From contig CANMMP010000006.1 in NCBI GenBank assembly GCA_947499125.1, forward strand, positions 114,668 to 178,667: 64,000 bases of DNA, written 5' to 3'. Within the stretch, counting starts at the first letter, position 1; the number at the start of each line of letters is the position of its first letter. Below are positions 15,098 through 24,225 of the stretch, one piece after another. A program made the translations under genes and the position numbers. Under the pieces are notes generated by a model, which did not search any database, was not told the DNA's origin, and worked only from the letters and a program-made list of their open reading frames with translations. This DNA is from an uncultured Pontibacter sp. Lineage in GTDB: Bacteria > Bacteroidota > Bacteroidia > Cytophagales > Hymenobacteraceae.

Positions 15098-18070
15098 TTA
15101 TGATGGCAAAACAAAATATAATATTGTTTTTGTGCCATTAAATATTTCGCTCGAAAGTTCGCCATCCAACTTCTTACTCAGAGAGTTTACCAACTGTAAT
15201 CCGAACGATTGCTGTGCATCCTGCTTTTCTGTGCAGCCAATGCCATTGTCAGCCACTGTAAGCTTATAACGGTCATCCTTAAGCGGTTGCAGCTCTATCA
15301 GCAGGCTTCCTGTTTTAACACCGGGGAATGCATATTTTAACGTGTTAGATACAAGTTCGTTGACAATAAGACCTAATGTTATAGCTGCATCAATATCTAT
15401 TTTAACCGGAGGGATAGCCAACTGTAGTTTTACCTTATCTTCGGATATGCCATAGGCAGCGTAAAGGCTCTCGCATATCTCCCTGAAATAATCTTCCAGG
15501 TCGATGTGTTCGAGGTTATTGTGCCTGTAAAGCCGCTCATGTAACAGCGCCATCGAACGCACCCGGCTTCTGATAGCTTTCATAACCTCGAGGGCCGATG
15601 GGTCCTGTACGTGCCTTGCCTGCAGGTTAAGCAAACTGATCACGATCTGGAGGTTGTTCTTTACCCTGTGGTGTACTTCCTGCAGTAACAATTCTTTTTC
15701 GCGGTGCTTGCGCTCCAGCATGCGGGTGCGGTGCTTTACACGCATATCCAGCAGGGCATTCATTTTTAGCAGGCTCCGCTCCCGCACCCGGATTATAGTT
15801 AATACAGTACCGCTTATAAGTAAAAGCAAAACGCCTACAAACCATTCGCGGCGCCAGAGCGGGGGAATTACGTTAAAAGTATAGGTTAGCGGTTCGGCGG
15901 TCCAGTAGCCATCGTTATTCTGGGCTTTTACTTTAAAAGTATAAACGCCGGGGTCCAGGTTGGCATACGATACAAAGGACTGCTCTGTAGTTTCAGACCA
16001 TTGCTGGTCGTGGTTAGTCAGCATGTATTTATACTTTACCTCAGCCGGCGAGGTCATGCATATCCCCTGGAAGTCGAAAGTGATGTGGTTTTTATTGTAA
16101 GGCAGCCGCAGATTTACAGGTAATCCCTCCTTATTGGTTTTAATGCCATGTTCCTGCCAGTTGGTAGGCCGCATAAACAGTTTTATATCTGTCAGGTATA
16201 GTTCAGGTTCGGCTTTATTTATCCTGTCGAGTTGGGGTATGTATTGTGTTAAGCCGCGTGCAGTGCCAAACCATATCTTGCCATCGGGTGTCTGGGTTAT
16301 GCCATTGTGGGCTACTTCAATTCCTCTAAACCCACTGTTACTGTTATAGGTCCTGAATTTTAGCTTTTGAGTCTGGTGGAAGTAGGGCAGGTCTATTTTA
16401 AGGATGTTGCTGTTCGTGCCAACCCATAGTTGCTGGTCGTTATCGATGTAAAGCGTTTTTAAGCCTTCGTTGGGTAAGCCTTTGCCTGCCGTAAATAGTT
16501 TTGTCTTCTTTTGTTTAGGATGATACGCCAGAAGCCCGAAGTTATAGCCCGCAAAGTATAGCCAGCCGTTTTTATCCTGAGTAATGGCGGTAACCTCTCC
16601 AAAAGGTGTATTCCGGAGTAAGTTTACAGGGTGTAACAGGTTGTTTTTAAGTATAAAGATGCCATTATCGGTGCCGGCCCACAGGTTATTCTCTTTATCC
16701 CGGAAAAGGTGGTATGTTCTACCGGTTGCTTCACCTGAACTGGTTTTTACAGGTATAAACTGCTTGTTATCGGAATAAGCGACTCCCCGGGTTGTGGCGG
16801 CCCATACTTTATCTTCCGGCCCCGGAGCTACAAAGTATACGATATCGGAAGGCAGGCCTTGTTCTATTGTGTATTGTGTAGCTTTGTCTGGTGTCAGGTT
16901 CCAGATGCCGCGGCTTGTACTTACCCACACATCTTCTTCTGATTTTACCCACATACTATAAAGCACGGTGCCTGCCGGCCAGATATTACCCGATAAAGTG
17001 GTCAGTTTGCCCTGTTGCATATAACCCGCTTCACCATTGTCGGTGCCAAACCATACGCGGCCTTTGGTATCTTTGGCAAGCGCTGTTATAGTTGGCTCTT
17101 TTAATGTTCCGAAATCAAAATAATGTAAAAACCACTGCGCCCGGCTTTGCTGCAGGCCAAACCCATCGGTACCAAGCCATACGTTGCTTTCCTTGTCGGT
17201 TAATAAAGCAGTAACATGATCCGATCTGAGGCCATTGGCTTTGGTTAAATGAATGACCGAATCCTGCTGTATAGTTAGTAAGCCATGTAGCCGTAAGCCT
17301 ACCAGCATATTGCCATAAGCATCAGGTGTAAAATCAGAAACTTCGGGGTAAGCTACTGTAGCCGGCAACGAAACTGTATGAAGCGAGTCGTCCGAGATGT
17401 AGGCAGGGCCCTGGGAAGTACCCACCCATAAGGTTTGCGCTCTGTCGTAACTATAAAGTACTGTTATACGGTTTGATGGGAGAGCAGTATTGCCGGAGTT
17501 GAATTGGCTTAATTCGTTTTGTTGCAGTTTGTATAAGCCCTGATCTAGGCTGCCTGCCCATACGATACCTTTCAGATCGACATGTACCGAAGTATAAACC
17601 TGCTTTGGGAATTGCTTTTCCACGAGGAACCGATCTTGCTGTAAAGTATAAATGCCTGAGTCGGTGGCAACCCATAGTTTTCCTGTTTTGTCTTCTGTTA
17701 TACTATAAATGCCACCTGCAGGCAAACCTTGCGCGGTGCTATACCTCTTAAAATCAACGCCATCAAAACGGGTAAGGCCATTGTCGGAGCTGCCAACCCA
17801 TATAAGTTTGCGGCTATCCTGGAAAAGTACGGAAGTGTTATTGCTGGCCAGCCCCTGTTGCTTGTTGTAAGTATGGAAAATGCTGCCATTAAAGCGGCTG
17901 ATTCCGCCACGGGTTGCAACCCAGATCTGCATGCGGTGGTCCTGTATAATATCGCTTACCTCTGATTGCGGCAGGCCATCAGCAACAGACCAGGTACGGA
18001 AGTTATACTGCTGTGCATGTGCAGCAACTCCAATAACAAGCCACAACCATACAAGGCAGGTAAAGCGCAT
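15098..18070 (-). CDS. Sensor histidine kinase with periplasmic two-component-regulator propeller repeats, a Y_Y_Y domain, one TM and a HisKA_2-type kinase core
   Basis: 990 aa. Signal peptide, repeated ...LWVGT/ IWVAT.. propeller blades, Y_Y_Y region (YKYML...WSE...Y.NL.PG.Y.F.VKA), TM WFVGVLLLLISGTVLTII, H-box EVHHRVKNNLQIV and HATPase motifs (NELVSNTLKYAF; DNGIG). Confidence 0.9.
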   Translation of the reverse strand: MRFTCLVWLWLVIGVAAHAQQYNFRTWSVADGLPQSEVSDIIQDHRMQIWVATRGGISRFNGSIFHTYNKQQGLASNNTSVLFQDSRKLIWVGSSDNGLTRFDGVDFKRYSTAQGLPAGGIYSITEDKTGKLWVATDSGIYTLQQDRFLVEKQFPKQVYTSVHVDLKGIVWAGSLDQGLYKLQQNELSQFNSGNTALPSNRITVLYSYDRAQTLWVGTSQGPAYISDDSLHTVSLPATVAYPEVSDFTPDAYGNMLVGLRLHGLLTIQQDSVIHLTKANGLRSDHVTALLTDKESNVWLGTDGFGLQQSRAQWFLHYFDFGTLKEPTITALAKDTKGRVWFGTDNGEAGYMQQGKLTTLSGNIWPAGTVLYSMWVKSEEDVWVSTSRGIWNLTPDKATQYTIEQGLPSDIVYFVAPGPEDKVWAATTRGVAYSDNKQFIPVKTSSGEATGRTYHLFRDKENNLWAGTDNGIFILKNNLLHPVNLLRNTPFGEVTAITQDKNGWLYFAGYNFGLLAYHPKQKKTKLFTAGKGLPNEGLKTLYIDNDQQLWVGTNSNILKIDLPYFHQTQKLKFRTYNSNSGFRGIEVAHNGITQTPDGKIWFGTARGLTQYIPQLDRINKAEPELYLTDIKLFMRPTNWQEHGIKTNKEGLPVNLRLPYNKNHITFDFQGICMTSPAEVKYKYMLTNHDQQWSETTEQSFVSYANLDPGVYTFKVKAQNNDGYWTAEPLTYTFNVIPPLWRREWFVGVLLLLISGTVLTIIRVRERSLLKMNALLDMRVKHRTRMLERKHREKELLLQEVHHRVKNNLQIVISLLNLQARHVQDPSALEVMKAIRSRVRSMALLHERLYRHNNLEHIDLEDYFREICESLYAAYGISEDKVKLQLAIPPVKIDIDAAITLGLIVNELVSNTLKYAFPGVKTGSLLIELQPLKDDRYKLTVADNGIGCTEKQDAQQSFGLQLVNSLSKKLDGELSSEIFNGTKTILYFVLPS

Positions 18071-18199
18071 ACAAAATATCTCCGGGTGAATAGGGCAAAG
18101 CAGAATAGTTTATGGTTCTACTTTTAACTATAACAAGTGTTTTTTGTACTACGAAAATAATAGCAGAAAGTATACGCCCTGTAATAAGGTTACACTAAA

Positions 18200-19294
18200 T
18201 TAGCGGGACTGCAGGATTTCTTTGTAAACAGATAGTGTTTTGAGGGCAGTTTGTTCTTTTGCATACAGTAGCACTTTAGCACCGGCATTTTTAACTATTG
18301 TTCCGCGCAAATCAGGGCTCTGGAGCACCTCCAATAATTTTCCGGCAATTTGCTCCGGCGATTTTACAGGAGCCAGCATGCCGGTATAGCCGTCTTGTAC
18401 CAGTTCCGGAATTCCGCCGGCTGCTGTTGCTACTACTGGGGTCCCTGCGGCAAATGCATCCAGTATAGTTGTGCCTAGCCCCTCAGTTTCAGAAGTTATC
18501 AGCATGGCATCCAGCTCGCACATTAACTCTGGTACATCGTTCCGGAAACCGGTAAGTATAATTTGTTCTGTAAGCGATTTATTAGCGATATAACTTTCAA
18601 TGGCTGCCCGTTCAGGTCCATCGCCAATAATAAAAAAGGTAATATCTGTGCGTTGCTTTAAAACCTGCTCAGCTGTATCAACAAAAGTATAATAGTCCTT
18701 GTGCGGCGATATAGCGGAGATGTTACCAACTATAAGCTGACTGTCGGGTAGGTTAAACTCAGTATGTAATTTGCGGCTGTTCTTGCAATTGGTAAACCGG
18801 CCAAGGTCAATGCCGCTGTAAACTGTGGTCGTTATCTCCGGGTTTTTTAAGCTGCGCGATACAACTTCCTTGATCTTATCGGATACACATACTACACGAG
18901 CAATACCAGGGTAATTATACTTGTAACCGGATAGCAAATTGTTTTTAACCGGATTATCGACACGGCGGCTTAATACTATGGGGATCTTGTTGCCAAGCAG
19001 GTGCGCCCATACACTGATGGCATGCGAGTGGCCGCTGTGGGCATGTACCAGGTCTATATTATGCTGGCGGCAATAGGCCTTTATTTTAAGGGCTGTCTGC
19101 AGGTCAAACTCATTCCGGAAGCCAAGAGCTATATGCGGTATACCTTTTTTAATGCAATATGCTTCGAAAGGAGTATTACGGCGGCAGGCTACATGCGAGG
19201 TTACATTCAATTTCTGTAGTTCATCTATCAAATAAGCTACCTGTTGCTCGCCGCCACGCCACGATTTTTCTGAAACTAACTGAAGTATACGCAT
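18200..19294 (-). CDS. Glycosyltransferase family 4 (GT-B, GT1 superfamily)
   Basis: I chose the start at MRILQLVSEKSWRGGEQQV (M51 of the track ORF). C-terminal EGLGTTILDAFAAGTPVVAT motif. Confidence 0.85.
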   Translation of the reverse strand: MRILQLVSEKSWRGGEQQVAYLIDELQKLNVTSHVACRRNTPFEAYCIKKGIPHIALGFRNEFDLQTALKIKAYCRQHNIDLVHAHSGHSHAISVWAHLLGNKIPIVLSRRVDNPVKNNLLSGYKYNYPGIARVVCVSDKIKEVVSRSLKNPEITTTVYSGIDLGRFTNCKNSRKLHTEFNLPDSQLIVGNISAISPHKDYYTFVDTAEQVLKQRTDITFFIIGDGPERAAIESYIANKSLTEQIILTGFRNDVPELMCELDAMLITSETEGLGTTILDAFAAGTPVVATAAGGIPELVQDGYTGMLAPVKSPEQIAGKLLEVLQSPDLRGTIVKNAGAKVLLYAKEQTALKTLSVYKEILQSR

Positions 19295-19568
19295 CCTGAT
19301 GTTTTTAAAATAGTGCTCTGCGGGCAGTGATTTAAACAAAAATACAACAATCAAACAAACAATTTTAAACGTGTTATAAGTATAAGCTGCTGCAAAAGAA
19401 AGAGCAAAATTAGGCATTAAAGACCTAAATTGCGTATAGTGCACTTAATAACCTGTTTGCCGCTTGTGTGCAACCCTGAAGTGGCAAGATAGGTATGTAA
19501 TTTAAATTCCTATATTTGCGTATAATACGCCTTTAAGGGATTTTTCTGAAAGTATAAACCATACTTAA

Positions 19569-20162
19569 ATGAGCGAGCAAACAGGTAAACAATTAAGTAA
19601 AGAGGAAAAAGATGCCCGGTTCGAAGCTGAACTGTTGCCTGTGCTGGACCCTCTGTACAACTTTGCCTACAGGCTCACCTTAGATGAGGACGATGCCAAC
19701 GACCTGGTGCAGGAAACATATTTAAAGGCATACCGCTTCTTTGACTACTTTGAACAAGGAACTAATGCCAAAGCATGGCTGTTCCGAATCCTGAAGAACT
19801 CTTTCATTAACGAGTTCCGAAAAAAGAGCAAGCAGCCCGCTAAGGTAGACTATAGCGAAGTAGAAGGATACTATAACACCGACGACGTAGAGGGGGAAAA
19901 TGGCGTAGCCACAACAACCGACATGCGATCCGAAAGTGTGCAGGACCTTATAGGAGACGAAGTAGCAAGCGCCCTGAACACCCTGCCTGTAGACTTCAGA
20001 ACTGTGATAATTTTATGCGACCTGGAAGGTTTTACCTACGAGGAAATGGCCAAAATACTGGACATCCCGATCGGTACTGTTAGATCCAGGCTGCACCGCG
20101 CCCGAAACTCCTTAAAAGAGAAACTAGAAAAATACGCTAAAACTATGGGTTATAACAGTTAG
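19569..20162 (+). CDS. ECF-type RNA polymerase sigma-70 factor
   Basis: Region 2 (DLVQETYLKAYRFF...AWLFRILKNSFINEFRK) and region 4 (FTYEEMAKILDIPIGTVRSRLHRAR). Confidence 0.9.
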   Translation: MSEQTGKQLSKEEKDARFEAELLPVLDPLYNFAYRLTLDEDDANDLVQETYLKAYRFFDYFEQGTNAKAWLFRILKNSFINEFRKKSKQPAKVDYSEVEGYYNTDDVEGENGVATTTDMRSESVQDLIGDEVASALNTLPVDFRTVIILCDLEGFTYEEMAKILDIPIGTVRSRLHRARNSLKEKLEKYAKTMGYNS

Positions 20163-20187
20163 AAAAATACTTAAGAGTTGAGTAAAG

Positions 20188-20469
20188 ATGGAATCGAAAT
20201 TTACGGAAATGTATCAGAAAGAACCTGCCGAAGAAAAGGATGGAGCGTGTGAGCAGGTAGCAGACATGCTGGACTCAGTTGTGGACGGAGAAGCGTCCGC
20301 AGAGCAGCAAACATTTTTTAATAGCCATATTGAAGAATGTGTGACCTGCTTTGAAAACCATCAGAAGCAAAAACTCCTAAAAAGCCTTATCAGTGGTCAC
20401 CTTAAGCGTGTTATAGTGCCCGCAAGCCTGGCACAGACCATTAAAGCCAAAATACAGGAATCAATTTAA
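20188..20469 (+). CDS. Soluble zinc-binding anti-sigma factor (ZAS, RsrA-like architecture)
   Basis: 93 aa with no TM segment. H47-x3-C51-x2-C54 (HIEECVTC) plus an upstream C21. It lies immediately downstream of the ECF sigma gene. Confidence 0.65.
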   Translation: MESKFTEMYQKEPAEEKDGACEQVADMLDSVVDGEASAEQQTFFNSHIEECVTCFENHQKQKLLKSLISGHLKRVIVPASLAQTIKAKIQESI

Positions 20470-20478
20470 TCTCCCCTG

Positions 20479-21063
20479 ATGCAAGGAAAGATCATCATCT
20501 TTTCGGCGCCATCCGGTGCCGGTAAAACTACTATTGTAAAGCACCTGCTTAACGTAAATCCAAATCTTAACTTCTCCATATCGGCCTGCACCCGCGATAA
20601 GCGCGGTCGCACCGAAGAAAACGGAAAAGACTACCACTTCATCACCCCGGAAGAATTTAAGAAAAGAATTGCCAACGACGAATTTGTTGAGTGGGAAGAA
20701 GTATACGAGGGTGCGTTTTACGGCACGCTTAAATCAGAGATAGAACGCATCTGGGCAAGTGGCAAACATGCCATACTTGATGTAGATGTAAAAGGAGGAT
20801 TAAGTATAAAGCATTTTTACAAAGAAAGAGCACTTGCCGTTTTCGTAAAGCCACCTTCCATCGAAGAGTTGGCAAACAGGCTGCAGGCCCGCAACACTGA
20901 TTCTGCTTCCAGCATCAGTAGCCGTGTTTTTAAGGCAAAGTTCGAGATGGGTTTCGAAGATCAGTTTGATGAAGTGATCGTGAACGACAACCTGGAAACT
21001 GCCTGTGCTAAAGCCGAAAAACTGGTAAACGACTTCCTGAAATCAGAACCTGCAATAGTATGA
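20479..21063 (+). CDS. gmk: Guanylate kinase
   Basis: P-loop SAPSGAGKTT; Y.F....F......F.EWA.....YGT pattern. Confidence 0.95.
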   Translation: MQGKIIIFSAPSGAGKTTIVKHLLNVNPNLNFSISACTRDKRGRTEENGKDYHFITPEEFKKRIANDEFVEWEEVYEGAFYGTLKSEIERIWASGKHAILDVDVKGGLSIKHFYKERALAVFVKPPSIEELANRLQARNTDSASSISSRVFKAKFEMGFEDQFDEVIVNDNLETACAKAEKLVNDFLKSEPAIV

Positions 21064-21632
21064 AGGTAGGGCTTTTGTTTGGTTCCTTTAACCCGATCCA
21101 TACCGGCCACCTTATACTTGCCAACTATATGGCTAACAACACCGACTTGGATACGGTGTGGCTGGTTGTGTCTCCGCAAAACCCGTTTAAGCCGAGCAAT
21201 ACGCTGCTGCACGAGTTCGACAGGCTACACATGGTGTCGTTAGCAATAGCTGATAACCCGAACCTGGGTGTGTCGAACATTGAGTTCAGTATGCCAAAGC
21301 CAAGCTATACGATCGATACACTGACCTATTTACAGGAAAAGTATCCGAGTTACGAGTTTGTGCTGATAATGGGGGAGGATAACCTGCCGTTGTTCCCGAA
21401 ATGGAAGAACTACGATCGTATTCTGGAATATCACCAGGTATATGTTTATCCGCGTTCCGGGTCTGTGCTGGAAGAAGTAGCTGCTTACCCGAACATGAAG
21501 TTTGTAAAAGCACCTATACTTGATATTTCAGCTACGTTTATCAGGCAATGCATCCGGGAAGAGAAAAGTATAAAGTACATGGTGCCCGACGAAGTGATCG
21601 AGTACATGCAAGTGCACAAACTATACAAGTAG
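21060..21632 (+). CDS. nadD: Nicotinate-nucleotide adenylyltransferase
   Basis: GLLFGSFNPIHTGHL (HxGH motif), a SYTIDTL motif and ISAT.IR. It has a 4-nt ATGA overlap with gmk. Confidence 0.9.
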   Translation: MKVGLLFGSFNPIHTGHLILANYMANNTDLDTVWLVVSPQNPFKPSNTLLHEFDRLHMVSLAIADNPNLGVSNIEFSMPKPSYTIDTLTYLQEKYPSYEFVLIMGEDNLPLFPKWKNYDRILEYHQVYVYPRSGSVLEEVAAYPNMKFVKAPILDISATFIRQCIREEKSIKYMVPDEVIEYMQVHKLYK

Positions 21633-21710
21633 CAGTTTATAGTATAAAGCTATATTTGAGCAGCCACAAACTATAACGTGAGGCTCTTTTAAGAGAGGCT
21701 TTGAAGTATA

Positions 21711-21752
21711 AAAAAGAAGCCCTGCGAACTAAATCGCAGGGCTTCTTTTTTT
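21711..21752. terminator. Bidirectional terminator (nadD / small lipoprotein gene)
   Basis: GAAGCCCTGCGA / TCGCAGGGCTTC perfect 12-bp stem with a 6-nt loop, an A run before and TTTTTTT after. Confidence 0.85.
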
Positions 21753-21770
21753 GTTATTGTAAATAGCGCA

Positions 21771-22055
21771 TTAGCTACCTTTTGCCTGAGACTTTAGTGC
21801 TTTCAGTTCATGCTCGGCTGCTTCTAATCTGTTTTTGGCAGCTTTCTCACGTTGTTCTGCTTCTTCGGCAAGTCTTTTCGCATCTCTATACTCTGATTCT
21901 AATAATTCTACACGCTCTTGCTGCGCCCTTACTGCTGGGTCGTCAGAGTAATTATTGCCCCCGATAACTGAACAGCTCATCATAAACGGTAACACAAAGG
22001 CGAATAATGCTGCAACTGCTTTTGTATAAGTAACTTTTGATTTCATAATATCCAT
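21771..22055 (-). CDS. Small coiled-coil lipoprotein (Lpp-like)
   Basis: Signal peptide ending in FMMSC. The remainder is a charged heptad-like helix (AQQERVELLESEYRDAKRLAEEAEQREKAAKNRLEAAEHELKALK). Confidence 0.5.
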   Translation of the reverse strand: MDIMKSKVTYTKAVAALFAFVLPFMMSCSVIGGNNYSDDPAVRAQQERVELLESEYRDAKRLAEEAEQREKAAKNRLEAAEHELKALKSQAKGS

Positions 22056-22130
22056 AGTTTGTTTACCACTTTGTACGGTGCAATAAGGAGCGTAGTTAAG
22101 TAAGATTTAAAAGGGTAGAGACTATAAAAC

Positions 22131-22170
22131 AGAAAGGCCTCACAAGCTACTAAACTTATGAGGCCTTCTG
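22131..22170 (-). terminator. Terminator downstream of frr
   Basis: AAGGCCTCA / TGAGGCCTT 9-bp stem. On the minus strand it is followed by TTTCTGTTTT. Confidence 0.6.
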
Positions 22171-22189
22171 AAAATTATACTTTAATGTA

Positions 22190-22753
22190 TTAGATCGTCA
22201 TGATCTCCGCTTCTTTTTTAGTAAGCAGCTCATCGATCTTTACAATGTAAGAGTCTGTCATTTTCTGCACTTTGGCTTCAGCGTCGCGCACGGCATCTTC
22301 TGAAGTACCTTCTTTCTGCAGTTTCTTTAAAGTGTCGTTCACATCTTTACGGATGTTACGCACAGCCACTTTACCAGATTCGGTTTCGCCTTTTACTTGC
22401 TTTACCAGGTCGCGACGGCGTTCTTCAGTTAATGCCGGGATGTTAAGGCGTACAGCATCAGCTTCCTGTATCGGGTTCAAACCAAGGTCACTGTTCTTAA
22501 TAGCTTTGTTTATTTCACCCAGCATGTTTTTTTCCCAAGGCTTTATCAGGATGGTACGTGAGTCGGGTGCGCCAACGTTGGCAACCTGTGTGATAGGAGT
22601 AGGGGTGCCGTAATAATCTACGCGCAGGTGCTCTACCATAGCAGGAGATGCCTTGCCAGCTCTGATCTTTGTTAACTCTGAGTTCGTGTGCTGTACTGCC
22701 TTTTGCATCGACTCCTCTGCTTCGCTGAGGTAAAACTGAATTTCTTCCGTCAT
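22190..22753 (-). CDS. frr: Ribosome recycling factor
   Basis: 187 aa, full-length RRF pattern (KIRAGKASPAMVE...V.YYG..TP..Q.A......R...I.PW...). Confidence 0.95.
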   Translation of the reverse strand: MTEEIQFYLSEAEESMQKAVQHTNSELTKIRAGKASPAMVEHLRVDYYGTPTPITQVANVGAPDSRTILIKPWEKNMLGEINKAIKNSDLGLNPIQEADAVRLNIPALTEERRRDLVKQVKGETESGKVAVRNIRKDVNDTLKKLQKEGTSEDAVRDAEAKVQKMTDSYIVKIDELLTKKEAEIMTI

Positions 22754-22841
22754 ATCAATTGTAGCTTAAGATTCTTGTTAAACTATACTTATACTTTGTG
22801 GTTGCAAAATTATTAAAAAATATCACTTTAACCGTTCAGCC

Positions 22842-23561
22842 TTAAATAGCTTCGGTCATGGTTACAAGTGTTCCTATTCTCTCGCCCTGCACTACGCGCT
22901 TCAGGTTGCCCTGCTTGTTCATATCGAACACAATTATAGGCAGGTCGTTTTCCTTGCAAAGTGTAAAGGCTGTCATATCCATTACATTCAGTCCCTTCTC
23001 AAACACATCTCTAAAAGAGATATCTGAATAGAAAATAGCATTCGGGTCTTTTTCCGGGTCAGCTGAGTAAATACCGTCAACACGAGTACCTTTCAATACC
23101 ACATCAGCCTCGATCTCGATAGCACGTAAGCTGGCTGCAGAGTCAGTTGTGAAGTAAGGGTTACCTGTACCGGCACCAAATATTACGACGCGGCCTTTCT
23201 CTAAGTGGCGCACCGCACGGCGACGGATATAAGGCTCACACACCTGCTGTATGTTAATTCCGGACAATAGACGCGTATAAACGCCCAGTTTCTCCAGTGC
23301 ACTTTGTAAGGCCATGCTATTGATAACTGTAGCCAGCATACCCATGTAGTCGCCCTGCACGCGGTCCAGGCCAACGGCTTCGGCTTGCACACCTCTAAAG
23401 ATGTTGCCACCACCAATAACTACTGCCACCTCTACACCAAGCGCCTGTACATCTTTTATCTCCTGTGCGTACTGCATCAGTCTTTCCGAATCAATGCCGT
23501 ACTGCTGGTCGCCCATCAGCGCTTCACCGCTAAGCTTTAATAATATTCTTTTATACTTCAC
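22842..23561 (-). CDS. pyrH: UMP kinase (GTG start)
   Basis: [25 protein letters not shown] and [12 protein letters not shown]. The start codon reads GTG on the minus strand. Confidence 0.95.
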   Translation of the reverse strand: MKYKRILLKLSGEALMGDQQYGIDSERLMQYAQEIKDVQALGVEVAVVIGGGNIFRGVQAEAVGLDRVQGDYMGMLATVINSMALQSALEKLGVYTRLLSGINIQQVCEPYIRRRAVRHLEKGRVVIFGAGTGNPYFTTDSAASLRAIEIEADVVLKGTRVDGIYSADPEKDPNAIFYSDISFRDVFEKGLNVMDMTAFTLCKENDLPIIVFDMNKQGNLKRVVQGERIGTLVTMTEAI

Positions 23562-23641
23562 GATCTATAGTTATGTAGTTTTCAGATACTTTATACTTGC
23601 TTCGGGCGGCAACGTGCTGCCCGGTTGGCAACACTTATACT

Positions 23642-24139
23642 TTAAAATAAGATCAAAACCTGGTTTTTCTCCACGTTCTGTTTTACTGCTACTTTAATCT
23701 CTTTCACCACACCATCACCCGGCGACTTCAGGATGTTCTCCATCTTCATTGCCTCGAGTATCATGATCGGATCACCTTTTTTAACTTCCTGGCCCGGCTT
23801 TACTTTTATCTCAAGTATAAGGCCCGGCATAGGCGCCTTCACATCATTCACCTTCTGAGCATTGGCATTGCTCATTCCTAACTTATCCAAAAGTAAGTCG
23901 AACTGGTCCTTAACGCTAACCGTATGGGTATTTCCGTTAATCTTGAACGTGAACGCCTTGGCCTGGTAATCGGCTTGCACAAATTCCGCAGTATAGGATT
24001 TATAGTTATGTATAATGTGGTAGGTGTTGTTGCCTAAAGGGGCAATATCCCAGTTAAAAGGGGAGTCGTTGAGAAGTATAGCATCTTTCTGTATGTCAAC
24101 CTGCCATGTTTTGTCGTTAGCGGTTTTTACCTGCAGCAT
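23642..24139 (-). CDS. Biotin/lipoyl carrier protein (biotin carboxyl carrier-like)
   Basis: C-terminal biotinyl domain with the EAMKMEN motif; 165 aa. Confidence 0.8.
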   Translation of the reverse strand: MLQVKTANDKTWQVDIQKDAILLNDSPFNWDIAPLGNNTYHIIHNYKSYTAEFVQADYQAKAFTFKINGNTHTVSVKDQFDLLLDKLGMSNANAQKVNDVKAPMPGLILEIKVKPGQEVKKGDPIMILEAMKMENILKSPGDGVVKEIKVAVKQNVEKNQVLILF

Positions 24140-24225
24140 CTCTTATTTTCTGGTTTTAAGGCCTAAAGATAGTTGAATTATCAGAGTAATTTTAGAAATT
24201 GAAGTCAAAATTAAAACAACCTATC

